A DNA stretch of 64,000 bases from an uncultured Acidobacteriota bacterium (lineage in GTDB: Bacteria > Acidobacteriota > Thermoanaerobaculia > UBA5066 > DATFVB01), in contig CAWEYG010000002.1 of NCBI GenBank assembly GCA_963813155.1, forward strand, positions 352,001 to 416,000. The letters run 5' to 3'. The notes beneath the pieces are model-generated. The model was not told the origin of the DNA. It ran no database searches and saw nothing but the letters and a program-made list of their open reading frames with translations. Made by a program: the position numbers and the translations under genes. This document shows, in pieces, positions 1 through 11,342 of this stretch; within the stretch, counting starts at the first letter, position 1; each line of letters begins with the position of its first letter.

Positions 1-556
1 TGTGGAGGCACATCCCGCCGGCTCCCGGCTGCCACTTCGGGCCGGTGCCGTGCCCGCGCAGCCCCGCGAGCTCGTTCCACGACTTGCCGCCGTCGCCGGA
101 GAGGAACAGCGCGGCGTCCTCGACTCCCGCGTACACCCTGTCCGGATCGGTCAGCGAAGGCTCGAGATGCCAGACACGCTTGAACTCCCACGGATGCGCG
201 GTGCCGTCGTACCACTGGTGCGTCGTGAGCGGCTTGCCCGTTTCCGAAGACACGTCGTAGACGAACTTGTTGCTTTCGCCCTTGGGCATTTCCCCCGGGG
301 CGGGGGCCTGGCCCGGCGGCGTTCCGGGTTGATGCCACGTCTTTCCGCCGTCGTCGGAGCGCTGGATGATCTGCCCGAACCAGCCGCTCGTCTGCGAGGC
401 GAAAAGGCGATTCGGATCGGCGGGCGAGCCCTTCAGGTGGTAGATCTCCCAGCCCGCGAAATGGGGTCCGCTGACGTCCCATTTTTCCCGTTTCCCGTCG
501 GAAGACAGGATAAAAGCCCCTTTGCGCGTGCCGACCAGTACTCTCACCCCGCTCAT
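1..556 (-). CDS. BNR/Asp-box repeat beta-propeller protein (exo-alpha-sialidase-like), 3' end outside window
   Basis: Not in the ORF track; translated by hand from ATG at 556 (RBS GGAGG upstream): [26 protein letters not shown]...[10 protein letters not shown]...[10 protein letters not shown], with Asp-box motifs. Confidence 0.8.
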   Translation of the reverse strand, partial: MSGVRVLVGTRKGAFILSSDGKREKWDVSGPHFAGWEIYHLKGSPADPNRLFASQTSGWFGQIIQRSDDGGKTWHQPGTPPGQAPAPGEMPKGESNKFVYDVSSETGKPLTTHQWYDGTAHPWEFKRVWHLEPSLTDPDRVYAGVEDAALFLSGDGGKSWNELAGLRGHGTGPKWQPGAGGMCLH

Positions 557-593
557 CGGAACCTCCTTGTTTTCGCATTTTACACGACGCTTT

Positions 594-652
594 TCCTATT
601 GCTTTCCCATAGGAGATCGCCGATCCTTGCTATGGCGAAACCATAGGAGATC
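594..652. promoter_or_regulatory. Two tandem palindromic operators (CTAT-N9-ATAG), likely PadR sites
   Basis: TCCTAT-N9-ATAGGA at 594-614 and CTAT-N9-ATAG at 630-646; both continue as CCATAGGAGATC; directly upstream of padR. Confidence 0.6.
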
Positions 653-681
653 TCCGGCGTCCCAGGAGAGAGGGGAGAACG

Positions 682-1026
682 ATGGAAGAGAAAGCGGGAG
701 TCTGGCAGGGAACACTGGCGCTGATGGTCCTCCGGACGCTGCAGATGCTCGGGCCGCTTCACGGCTACGGCATCGCGCGCCGGATCGAGCAGACGAGCGG
801 CGAGCTTCTTTCGCTCAACTACGGAACGCTCTACCCCGCGCTCCTGAAGCTCGAGCAGGAAGGCTGCATCTCCTCCGAATGGGGCGTGTCGGACAACAAC
901 CGGAAAGCGAAGTTCTACCGGCTCACGCGCGCGGGACGCCGGCAGCTCGAGAAGGACACGCGGGAATGGGAACAGGCGACGGCCATCCTCGCCCGATTCC
1001 TGGTCCCCGGCGAGGCGAAGTCGTGA
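682..1026 (+). CDS. PadR family transcriptional regulator, acidobacterial type
   Basis: QGTLALMVL...LHGYGIARRIEQ...GTLYPALLKLEQEG...WGVSDNNRKAKFYRLT; overlaps the following permease. Confidence 0.93.
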   Translation: MEEKAGVWQGTLALMVLRTLQMLGPLHGYGIARRIEQTSGELLSLNYGTLYPALLKLEQEGCISSEWGVSDNNRKAKFYRLTRAGRRQLEKDTREWEQATAILARFLVPGEAKS

Positions 1027-3703
1027 GCGCGCCCCGGGCGTGGGTGCGTCGTCTCGGCGGAATTGTTCGGCCGCGACGAGCGGGAGCGGGACCTCGCGGC
1101 GGAGCTCGAGAGCCACCTCCAGATGCACGTCGACGACAACATTCGGAACGGCATGACGGCCGAGGAGGCCCGCCGGGCCGCGCTGATGAAGCTGGGCGGC
1201 CTCGAACAGACGAAGGAAGCCGTGCGAGACCGACGGGGAATTCCGTTCTTCGAGGCCGCGGTCCAGGACGCCAGGTACGCCGTTCGAATGCTTCGGAAGA
1301 CCCCCGCGTTCACCTCGGTCGCGGTTCTCACTCTCGCACTGGGGATCGGCGCCAACACCGCCCTTTTCTCCGTGGTGAACGGCGTGCTGCTCAATCCGCT
1401 CCCCTACCCCCGCGCGGACGAGCTCGTCACGCTGCACGAGAGCAAGCCGAATTTCGACGCGGGCTCGCTCTCCTATCCGAACTTCCGCGACTGGCAGAAG
1501 GAGAACCGGACTTTTGCCGCCATGGCCGCCATGCGGCGCACGACGTTCACCGTGACTGGCCGCGGCGAAGCGGAGCAGGCTCGCGGGCTCCTCGTGACGT
1601 CGGACTTCTTCCCGATCCTCGGCATCAAGCCGGTCGCGGGACGCTCGTTCGCCACGGGGGAAGACGAAATCGGCGCGCGGCCGATCGCGCTCGTCTCCGC
1701 GGATCTCGGGAAGCGCAAGTTCGCCGGCGCGGGCAACGCCGTCGGGCAAACCCTGGTCCTCGACGGCAGTCCGTTCACCGTCGTCGGCGTGATTCCCGCC
1801 GGGTTCGACCTGACTCTGAGGAGCGAGGTCCGCCCGGAAATCTTTCTCCCGATCGGCCAATGGGGGAACACGCTGCTCTTGAACCGGGGCGCCGGCCTCG
1901 GAATCCACGGAATCGGCAGGCTGCGGCCGGGGGTGTCGCTCGCGGCGGCGAGGGAGGACATGAGCCGCGTGACCCGCAACCTCGCGGCCGCCTACCCGGA
2001 CAAGGACAAGGGGATCGGCGCCACGCTCATTCCGCTCAAGCAGCAGATCGTCGGAGAAATCCGACCCTTCCTGTTCGCGCTGCTCGCGGCGGTCGGATTC
2101 GTCCTGCTCATCGCGTGCGTCAACGTCGCGAATCTCCTCCTCGCGCGCTCCACCTCGCGCTCGCGCGAATTCGGGATCCGGACGGCCCTCGGCGCGGGAA
2201 GGGGGCGGATCGTGCGGCAGCTGCTGACCGAAAGCGTGCTCCTGTCGCTGGCGGGGGGCGCGCTCGGCCTCTTCCTCGCGAGCCGGGGGACGAAGGCCGC
2301 GATGCACGTGCTCGGATCGGCGGTACCCGGCGCCGCGTCGATCGGCATCGACGGCCGCGTGCTCGCCTTCACCACCGTTGTCTCGCTCCTCGCCGGAATT
2401 CTCTTCGGCCTCGCTCCCTCGCTCCGGAGCTCTCGGAGTCCTTCGCAGCAGGCTCTCAAGGAAGGGGGACGCGGCGCGATCGCCGCCCGGCATCGCGCGC
2501 AGGACGTGTTCGTGGTCCTCGAGCTCGCGATGGCGCTCGTGCTGCTGATCGGCGCGGGGCTGATGATCCGAACGCTTTCGCGCCTCTGGAGCGTCGACGC
2601 GGGGTTCGACGCGAAGAATCTCCTGACCTTCAACCTTTCGCTCCCCCCGTCGATCAGCGCGGCCCCGCCCGCGACGATCCGGGCGGCGCTCCGCGAGCTG
2701 GACGCGAAGCTCGAAGCGGCGCCCGGCGTGCAGGCCTCGTCCTACTCCTGGGCTTCCTTCCCGCTCCTCGGAGACGACGAGGCGCTCTTCTGGATCGACG
2801 GCCAGCCGAAGCCCGCGAACACCAACGACATGAACTGGTCGCTCAAGTACGTGGTCGAGCCCGGTTATCGGAAAGCGATGGGGCTCCGGCTCGCGCGCGG
2901 GCGATTCCTCGAGCGCGGGGACGACGAGAAGTCCCCCTTCGTGGCGGTCGTCGATGACGTTTTCGCTCGCACCTATTTCGGTTCGGCCGATCCGGTCGGA
3001 AAGCGCCTGAACATCGACGGCTTCGAGTCGCCGGCGACGATCGTCGGCGTCGTCGGCCATGTCCGCCAGTGGGGACTCGACGCGGACGATTCGCAGAAGC
3101 TTCGGGCGCAGATCTACATGGCCGGCGCCCAGATGCCGGACGCCTACGTCGCGGGCAACGCCTCCGGCATGTGGATAGCGATCCGCTCGCAGGGACCGCC
3201 GTCGCTCCTCGGTCCCGCAATCCGGCGCCTCCTCCAGGACGATCGAAGCGGGCAGGTCGTTTACGGAATGAAGACGATGAAGGAAATCCTCTCCGAATCT
3301 CTCGCCGCGAGGCGCTATTCGATGATCCTGCTCGGCGCGTTCGCTGCCCTCGCGCTCGTCCTCTCGGCGATCGGCATCTACGGCGTGGTGTCGTTCGTCG
3401 TCGGACAGAGGAAGGGGGAAATCGGAATCCGCATGGCGATGGGCGCGCAGCGGAGAGACATCCTGCGCCTGATCGTCGGCCAGGGGGGAAGACTGGCGGC
3501 GGCGGGAGTCGGCCTGGGAGTCCTCGGCGCCTTCGCCCTGACGCGCCTGATGTCGCGGCTGCTCTTCGGGGTCGAGCGCGCTCGACCCGCTCACGTTCGG
3601 CGCGATGGCGTTCGTTCTCGCCGCGGTGGCCCTGCTGGCGTGCTACATACCCGCCCGCGCGGCGGCGCGGCTCGACCCGATCGTGGTGCTGCGCGCCGAA
3701 TAG
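1023..3703 (+). CDS. ABC permease, acidobacterial duplicated orphan permease (ADOP; MacB/FtsX domains); frameshifts near 1060 and 3580
   Basis: ELESHLQMH...[23 protein letters not shown]...[15 protein letters not shown]; C-terminal ...[12 protein letters not shown] in a shifted frame with TAG at 3701-3703. Confidence 0.9.
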
Positions 3704-3714
3704 CCCGGACGGCG

Positions 3715-3743
3715 TTGCAATCTCGCGGGCGGGATGCTATGTT
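3715..3743 (+). promoter_or_regulatory. Sigma70-type promoter of the tRNA
   Basis: TTGCAA-17 bp-TATGTT with an extended TG, 13 bp before the tRNA. Confidence 0.6.
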
Positions 3744-3756
3744 TTCCCGCTCTCGT

Positions 3757-3833
3757 GGGGCTGTAGCTCAGTTTGGGAGAGCGCCTGAATCGCACTCAGG
3801 AGGTCGTCAGTTCGATCCTGATCAGCTCCACCA
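3757..3833 (+). tRNA. tRNA-Ala (anticodon CGC)
   Basis: GGGGCTGTAGCTCAG...CCTGA-AT CGC AC-TCAGG...GTTCGATC...AGCTCCACCA; cloverleaf with encoded CCA. Confidence 0.97.
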
Positions 3834-3993
3834 TCCTCCTTCGCCTTTCTTCGAAGCCTCCAACGGGGGTTTCGGCTACGGCGCGATTGAGGGTCCGACC
3901 GTGAACTCGAGAAGCGAAGGAGGATGCCGCGCCATAGCTGTCACGCCGAAGCTTCAGCGAAGGCGGAAGCTCGGCGAAGACGAGCGAAGGCGG
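3832..3993. repeat. REP-like nested palindromic element behind the tRNA
   Basis: Perfect 13-bp inverted repeat CATCCTCCTTCGC (3832-3844) / GCGAAGGAGGATG (3914-3926), an inner hairpin and repeated GCGAAGGCGG units. Confidence 0.55.
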
Positions 3994-4008
3994 GCACTTC
4001 CCCCTCGC

Positions 4009-6419
4009 CTACTTCGGCAGCGTCACCTTGAACTCGATCTTCGCCAGTTGCTCGGGCGCCTTGCCGATCTTGTGCAGGAACGCCAGCCAGCGCGGGTCGG
4101 CGTGGATCTTGGCGAACAGGTTCTCCGTCACGATTTCGCCAATACCGGGGTCGCCGTACTCGACTGCCTTGTCGAGCCACTCGAACGCCTTGTCCGTTTC
4201 GCCGCGGTAGGCATAGACGTAGGCGATGTTATAGGGCGCGCCCTTCTCCCACTTCACGATCAGCGCGGCCAGCGCAGCGTCCGAGTCGGCCGTGCGCCCG
4301 AGCGCGTGATTCGCCATCGGCAGGCCGATCATCTTGTGGACCTCGCTCGTCTCCTGTTCGATCTCCGCCAGCGCGCCCTGCGCATCGGCCTTCAGCAGCA
4401 GCGCAGTGCCAATTTCGGCATGCGCGCTGCCCCGGCCCGGAGCGAGGCTCAGCACGGTTCGGTACGACGCGATCGCCGCGTCGAGCCGGCCGGCCATGCG
4501 CTGGTGGACACCCAGGCTGAAGAGCGCGCTCACATTCACCGGATCGCGGCGCACGACGGTCTCGTCGAGCGTCAGCGCCTCGTCCAGGCGGCCGAGAGAC
4601 ATGAGCAGCGTGGCGCTGTTGCTCAGCACGCGCGGGTCCGCCGGATCGAGCGCCAGCGCGCGATTGAGGTGCTGCGCCGCGGCGGCGAGGTCGTTGTCGC
4701 CGTACATCGCGATCCAGCCGAGCCGGGCGTGGGCCGGCGCGTACTCCGGATCGATCGCAAGTGCCTTCGTGGCCGCCTCGCGGGCTTGGGCGTAGCCCTC
4801 CTTGCTTGGGCAGCAGACCTTGATCCGCCTCGTTGGTGAAGTTGCCTGACAGCTCGGCCCACGCCGGGGCGTAGCGCGGATCGATCGCCAGCACCTTGCG
4901 GTACAGCGCGTCGGACTGCTTGAACGCATCGGCGGTGAACTGCTGTCTGAGCTGCCTGGCCTGCAGGTACAGCGCGTAGCCCTCGGGGTCGGTCGTGCGC
5001 GCCTTCGGCGCCGCGCCGAGCAACGTGACCTTGAGCTGCTTCACCACGTCGGCCGCGATCTCGTCCTGAATCGCGAAGATGTCGGTAAGCTTTCGATCGT
5101 AGGTCTGCGACCAGAGGTGCGTGTCGGTTCCGGCCCTGATCAACTGCGCCGTGATCCGCACCTGGTTGCCGGCCTTGCGAACCGAGCCTTCGAGTACGTG
5201 CGCCACGTGGAGCTTCCGCGCGATCTCGGGGATTGCAATTTCCTTGCCCTTGAACGAGAACGACGACGTCCGCGCGGTCACCTGCAGCTGCGGAATCTTC
5301 GCGAGCAGGTTCAGAAGCTCCTCGGAAATGCCGTCGGAGAAGTACTCGTTCGACTTGTCGTCGCTCATGTTGACGAACGGTAGCACGGCGATCGAATGCT
5401 CCGAAATGTCGGCCTGGACGCCCGGGCGCAAACCGCCGCGCTTCCAGAGCAGGAGACCAGCGACCACCGCAACGAGAACGCCGGTCGCCGCGAAGACGCC
5501 GGCTCGGCGCCAGCTTGGAGCCGGGACGGCCGCCCGCGCGCCGCTTGTGCTTGAGCCCGTGCTCGTCGAGCCGGACGTCTCCGACAGGGCAAAGACGATG
5601 TCCCGGGCTCCCTGGAACCGATTGTTTGGGTCCTTCTCCAGACAGTGCCGCACAATGTGATCGAGCGCGACCGGGATGTTTCGACCCGATTCGGAGATAT
5701 CCGGCGGCTCCTCCTTCAGGATCGCGCTCATCGTGTCTGCCGCCGTGTCCCTCTTGAACGCTCGCTGGCCGGAAAGCATCTCGTAGAGGACCGCTCCGAA
5801 GGAGAAGATGTCTGAGCGGTGATCGACTTCGCGTCCCCGCACCTGTTCGGGCGACATGTATCCCATCGTGCCCATGACGGTGCCGGGCTCGGTCCCCTTC
5901 GACTGCGTCGGCGCGCTCGTCTGTCCTTCGACCTTCAGTTCGGCCCTCTTGGCCAGGCCGAAGTCGAGGATCTTCACGTGCCCGTCTTTCGAGACGAAGA
6001 CGTTCTCGGGCTTCAGGTCCCGGTGGACGATCCCCTTCTCGTGGGCGGCGGAGAGTCCCTTCGCGATCTGGATCGCGTAGTCGACGGCGAGTTTCTGGGG
6101 GAGCGCTCCGGAGTCGAGCCGGTCGCGCAAAGTCTGGCCGGAGAGAAGTTCCATGACGGCGTACGAAATGCCGTGATCCGTCCCGAAATCGAAAATCGAG
6201 AGGATGTTCGGGATGCGACAGCGCGGCGACGGCTTTGGCCTCCCGCTCGAACCGCGCGAGCATGTCCGGGTTCGCGGCAACGGTTTCAGGGAGAACTTTG
6301 ACGGCGACGTCGCGGTCGAGCTTCGAATCCCTCGCCCGGTACACCTCGCCCATGCCGCCGGCGCCGATCGGCGCAAGAATCTCGTAGGGACCGAGGCGGG
6401 TTCCCGGGGAAAGGCTCAA
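4009..6419 (-). CDS. Hanks-type Ser/Thr protein kinase with TM segment, TolB-N-like and TPR domains; frameshifts near 6215 and 4800
   Basis: [33 protein letters not shown]; [11 protein letters not shown]...[11 protein letters not shown]; TPR C-terminus; spread over three ORFs. Confidence 0.92.
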
Positions 6420-6702
6420 TGGATTTCTCCTGTGGCAGTGATTCTATGCTTTCCACCGGATCGACATCGGTGGGCATCCAGTTGCACGCGACGAAGGCTA
6501 AGCGGCTGATTCTTCGAGAAGGCGAGTTCGATATTTTCCCAGTATGCCCCACCAATCATATCGAAGGATTTGGGTTGGCCGCCTCCCCGAACTGGCGGCC
6601 CAACTATTTTGCATTCAGAAGGTCAGCGGTTCATCCCGGTTTCGTTTGACCAACGACTCTGAAGGGCTTCGACGCGGCCGCGAGCACCGGATCCGTGGCC
6701 AG

Positions 6703-6723
6703 TGTCCACACTTTTTTCCACAT
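6703..6723. repeat. Degenerate arm-type repeat pair
   Basis: TGTCCACAC followed by TTTCCACAT; same motif and orientation as at 14290 and 19116. Confidence 0.45.
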
Positions 6724-6798
6724 CGGACGTACCCACTCGGGCTCAGTGCCGCCTGTCGCGGAATATTAGAGGTCTGCTCGCGCCCGGCTATGTCCTTC

Positions 6799-7998
6799 TC
6801 AGCGGAGTAGCCACTCTGGCTTGAAAAGCGGAAAAGCGATCAGTCCCACAATTCCACCAGCCAGGACGATGAGCGGCTCGGGGATCTTCTTGAGCGCGAA
6901 CAAAAGAGCAAGCGTTCCGATTCCGATCGCCGCCGTGGGCCAGTCTCCGATCGCGGTCTTTCCGACGAGGTAGGTCGTCCCGAAAAGCACGCCGACGACA
7001 GCGACAGTCACCCCGCGAATGAAGCCCCGGAGCCGAGGGTTGTCCCGGTGCCGAAGGAGCAGCGGGGTTGCGGCGACGGTGAACAGTACGGACGGGCTGA
7101 AGATTCCGACGGTCGAGGAGAGCGCGCCTGGAAAGCCGTTCAGGACGTAGCCCACGAACGTGGCACTGACGACCACGGGACCTGGCGAGATCATGCCGAT
7201 CGCGACGGCGTCGAGGAACTCCCGGTTGCCGAGCCAGTGATATTGATCGACGACGTAGGTCTTCAGAAACGGCACGATGACAAGGCCGCTCCCGAAAACG
7301 AGTAGTCCGGTCTTGAAGAAAAAGAGGAACAGCTTGAGCGTCATACCGGTCGCCGTTCCGGCAGCGGCAACGGCTGCGATGGGAGCAGCGATGGAGGGCT
7401 TCCTGGGCCCTGGAATCGGCCTCGCGGTCGGCGATCGCGCTCCCGGTCTCGCGAAGAGAAACATCCCGATGACTCCGGCGATGACGAAAAGCGGCGCAAG
7501 CTCCTTCTGGACGATCACCGTAATCCCGCAGGCGATCACGGAAATGAGCAATGCCAGTCGGTCGCGGCGCAGAGTCTTGCGGCCCAGATTCCAGCAGGCC
7601 TTGAGAATGAGGGCCACGACGACCGGCCCGATCCCGTAGAAGAGGGCTCGCAGTTGCCAGGCGTTCGTGAATCGCGTGTACGCGAACGCAGCGCTGACGA
7701 CGAGGACGAACGGTGTCAGAGCAAATGCCGCGGCAACGGCCACTCCGCCGATCACGCCGAACCGAACGTACCCACAGTAGACGGCCAGCTGGTACGCGAG
7801 GGGTCCCGGACAGGCTGCGGCGATCGCGAGCCCATCGTCGTACTCGCCTTCGGTGATCCAGCCCCGGCTGTCGACCAGATCGCTCCGCATCGCATTGGCA
7901 AGCGCCACCGGGCCGCCAAAACCAAGCGATCCGAGCCGGAGAAAATAGAGGACGAGTTGTCTCAGAGTCGGCGGTCGCTGGAGAGAGGAGTCGTTCAT
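6799..7998 (-). CDS. chrA: Chromate efflux transporter (long-chain CHR family)
   Basis: LGSLGFGGPVA...PGP and FGSGLVIVPFL...ISPGPVV duplicated halves; same operon as chrB. Confidence 0.92.
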   Translation of the reverse strand: MNDSSLQRPPTLRQLVLYFLRLGSLGFGGPVALANAMRSDLVDSRGWITEGEYDDGLAIAAACPGPLAYQLAVYCGYVRFGVIGGVAVAAAFALTPFVLVVSAAFAYTRFTNAWQLRALFYGIGPVVVALILKACWNLGRKTLRRDRLALLISVIACGITVIVQKELAPLFVIAGVIGMFLFARPGARSPTARPIPGPRKPSIAAPIAAVAAAGTATGMTLKLFLFFFKTGLLVFGSGLVIVPFLKTYVVDQYHWLGNREFLDAVAIGMISPGPVVVSATFVGYVLNGFPGALSSTVGIFSPSVLFTVAATPLLLRHRDNPRLRGFIRGVTVAVVGVLFGTTYLVGKTAIGDWPTAAIGIGTLALLFALKKIPEPLIVLAGGIVGLIAFPLFKPEWLLR

Positions 7999-8009
7999 TG
8001 TCGCCTTGT

Positions 8010-8762
8010 TCAGTCGTCGAGCGAAGGAAGGGTCTTGAGAACGTCGGCGGCCCGAGCCGGCGCCGGTTGGACTTCGTCCCTTCGAATCAGTCCGTCCCGG
8101 AACAGAATCACGCGTTTGGCGAATTGCGCGATGTCGGCTTCATGTGTGACCAGCACGATCGTGAGCCCGCCGTCGTTTAACCCCTGCAGGATCGCCATGA
8201 TTTCGACCGCCGTGTGGCTGTCGAGATTGCCGGTCGGCTCGTCGGCGAGGAGAATCGCGGGCCGGTTGACGAGCGCGCGGGCGATCGCGACGCGCTGTTG
8301 CTGGCCTCCGGAGAGTTGCGACGGGAAATGCGCGGCCCGGTCGGCGAGACCGACCAGGGCGAGCGCATCCCGCGACCGCCGCTGCCGCTCCGGCTTCGCC
8401 ACGCCGGCGTAAAGCGTCGGGAGCTCCACGTTCTCAAGCGCCGAGGTCCGGGAGAGGAGATTGAAGCTCTGAAACACGAAGCCGAGGCGTCGATTGCGAA
8501 TTGCCGCGAGCTGCCGCTTGTCGAGGTGGGACACGTCGACGCCTTCGAGCATATACGTGCCAGAGGTCGGCCGGTCGAGGCAGCCGAGAATGTTCATGAA
8601 GGTGGACTTGCCGCTCCCGCTCGCGCCCATGATCGCGACGAAGCCGCCCGGCTCGATCGCGATGCTCACGCCGCGCAACGCATGGACGCGTGTCTCGCCG
8701 AGCGAGTAGTACTTGTGCAGCTCCTTGACGCAGATGGACGAGCCGGCGCCGCCGGCGGTCAC
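8010..8762 (-). CDS. ABC transporter ATP-binding protein (MacB/LolD type)
   Basis: GASGSGKST, LSGGQQQR, ILLADEPTGNLD; GTG start overlapping the upstream TGA. Confidence 0.92.
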   Translation of the reverse strand: MTAGGAGSSICVKELHKYYSLGETRVHALRGVSIAIEPGGFVAIMGASGSGKSTFMNILGCLDRPTSGTYMLEGVDVSHLDKRQLAAIRNRRLGFVFQSFNLLSRTSALENVELPTLYAGVAKPERQRRSRDALALVGLADRAAHFPSQLSGGQQQRVAIARALVNRPAILLADEPTGNLDSHTAVEIMAILQGLNDGGLTIVLVTHEADIAQFAKRVILFRDGLIRRDEVQPAPARAADVLKTLPSLDD

Positions 8763-10062
8763 CGGCGGATTCCGGCTGCGCCCGGCAGTGACTCCTTCGC
8801 AGAGATCGAGCTCGTCACGACGTCGTCCCCCGGCGCGAGCCGGCCGGCAAGAACGGATTTCACCTCGGTAAAGGTGTGGTCGGTGATCCCGATGGCGATC
8901 CGGACAGGCTCGATCCCGCCGTCCTCCCGCCGCTTCCACACGATCGCCGTTTCGCTCCCCGGTTCCGGGGTGTCGTCGCGGGATTGGCGGATCCCGTATT
9001 TCGCGTACAGCGAGCGCACCCTGTCGGGCTCCATCGGCGGCTTGTAGCGGAGTGCGGCGTTGGGGACCTTCACGGCATCGGCGACGGTCGCGACCGGAAT
9101 CGTGACGTAGCCGGTCATGCCGGGAAAAAGCTTCCCCTCTCGGTTCTCGAACTCGATGACAGCGTCGTAGGTGACGACGTTCTGAACGCTGGTCGGATTC
9201 ATCCGCACCTGGATCACCGTCCCGGTGAAGGTCTCCTTCGGAAACGCGTCCACCTTGAACGTGACCGCGCGGCCGGTGCGGATTCGGCCGACGTCGGATT
9301 CGTCGATCTTCGCATACACGAGCATCTTCGTCAGGTCCTGCGCGATCGTGAAGATCGTCGGCGCCTGCAGGGAGGCCGCCACCGTCTGGCCGACGTCGAC
9401 ATTCCGAGCCACGACGGTCCCGTCGATCGGCGAGCGGATGATCGTGTATTCGAGGTTCGTCCGCGCCACGGAGACCGCCGCCTCCTTCTGGCCGACCTCC
9501 GCCTTCGCCTGGGCGACGTTTGCGACCGCGCCGTCGAGCGCGGCCCGGGCCGAATCAAACGCGGCCTTCGCGAGGTCGAGCGCCTGCTGCGATCCGACCC
9601 CCTGCATTTCGAGCGAGCGGGCCCGCGCGTCGTCCGCGCGCGTCTGGACGACCGCGGCGCGGGCCTTCGTGACATTGGCTTCCGCGACGAGAACACTCGC
9701 GCGGGCGTTCTGGAGGTCCGAGTCCGCCTGCCGGAGTGCCCCCTCGAAGAGCCGGGGATCCATCACCGCGATCACGTCGCCCTTCCGCACGCGGCTGTTG
9801 AAATCCGCATTGAGCCGCGCGATCGTCCCGGAGACCTGAGAGCCGACTTGCACGGTCGTCACCGGTTGACGGTTCCCGTCGCGTCGACGACGTCCCGAAT
9901 CCCGCCCTTTTCGACTTTCGCGGTCAGGTGCCGGAGATCGTCGCCTCTCCGGAGAAGAAGCACCGCCACGATGACGACGAGGAGAGTCGCGCCAGCGGCG
10001 ATCGCCTTCTTCCGCCGGCCGTTCGACGGGACGTCGGGCAGCGCCTCCGCGGTTTCACTCAT
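8759..10062 (-). CDS. Efflux periplasmic adaptor subunit (MacA/HlyD); frameshift near 9862
   Basis: N-terminal TM anchor in one frame, then VQVGSQVSG...[10 protein letters not shown]...[11 protein letters not shown]. Confidence 0.88.
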
Positions 10063-11282
10063 ACCGAAGGGCCTCGATGGGGTCGAGCTGCGACGCCTTG
10101 CGAGCGGGGTAATAGCCGAAGAAAACGCCGACCGCGACCGAGAAAAACACCGCGAGAAGGACGGCGTCCGGCGAGAGCGTGCATCGGCCATTCCATCGCA
10201 CGACCCATGAACACGGAAGTCGACGATGCCGAGCAGCACACCGACCGCGCCGCCGAGGAGGCTCAGGAAGACCGACTCGCCGAGGAACTGCAGCCGGATC
10301 GCCTCCTCCGTCGCCCCGACCGACACGCGCACGCCGATTTCGCGCGTGCGCTCGGTCACCGACACCAGCATCACGTTCATGATTCCGATGCCGCCGACGA
10401 CGAGCGAGATCGACGCGATCGCGACGAGCAGGATCGTCAGCGTCCGACTCGCCTCGAGCTGCGCCTGGATCACGTCCTCCGGGTTGCGGATGTTGAAGTC
10501 GTCGTCCTCCTCGGAGCGGAGGTGATGCCGCTCGCGCAGGAGCGCAGCCGCCTGTTGTCCCGCCAGCTTGACGACGTTCTGCGAGACGGCCGAGCAGAGG
10601 ATGTCGTCGAGCCACGTAGATGCCCATGAGCTTCTTCTGCGCGGTCGTGTAGGGCATGATGATGGTGTCGTCCTGGTCCTGGCCGGAGATCGACAGGCCC
10701 TTCGGCTTGCAGGGTCGCGACGACCTTGCACGGCATGTCCTTGAGCCGGATCGCCTTGCCGATCGGATCCTCGTCGCCGAAGAGCTGCATCGCGGACGGT
10801 CCGGCCGATCACGCAGACGTCGGCCGCGCGCTCGACGTCGTCCGCGCGTGAAGATCGCGCCCTCGTCCACGAACCACCGCTTGATCTCGAAGTACTCGGG
10901 CGAGACGCCGCGGTACGTCGTGAACCAGTTCTGGTTGCCGTAGACGACCTGGATCGAGGCGTCGACGTTTGGAGAGACGTTCTTGATAAGCGGGATCTGG
11001 CCCTTGATCGCCGCCGCGTCGGCCGAGCGTCAGGGTCTTCGTCCCGTGGGTGCCCGTCCGCACGCCGTTGACGCGCGCGGCCGCCCGCCTCGATCCAGAC
11101 GAAGTTGTCGCCGAGGTTGTGCGAGCTGCTGCTCGACGCGCGCCTGTCCGGCGCCGCCCGATCGCGACGACACAGATGACCGCCGCGATCCCGATCGTGA
11201 TGCCGAGGACGGTCAGCGCGCTGCGGAGCTTGTTTCGCATGAGCGATCTCAAGGCGGAAGAGAGCAGTGTGGCCCATTCCAT
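10055..11282 (-). CDS. MacB-type ABC permease; several frameshifts
   Basis: [21 protein letters not shown]...[25 protein letters not shown]...[19 protein letters not shown], across several frames. Confidence 0.85.
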
Positions 11283-11342
11283 ACGTCTATTCTTCCGCAG
11301 GACCGCGCGCTTCGCCAGATCCGACCGCGCTCAGCCTGTGCG

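Noticed and set aside
1063-4839. 1258-aa ORF running through the tRNA
   Set aside because: Artefact of a frameshift near 3580. The permease's true C-terminus ends at TAG 3703, and the extension crosses the tRNA and the antisense strand of the kinase.
6419-6700. 76-aa ORF in a lower-GC spacer as an integrase remnant
   Set aside because: No recognisable recombinase motif or RBS; at most an unidentifiable gene fragment.
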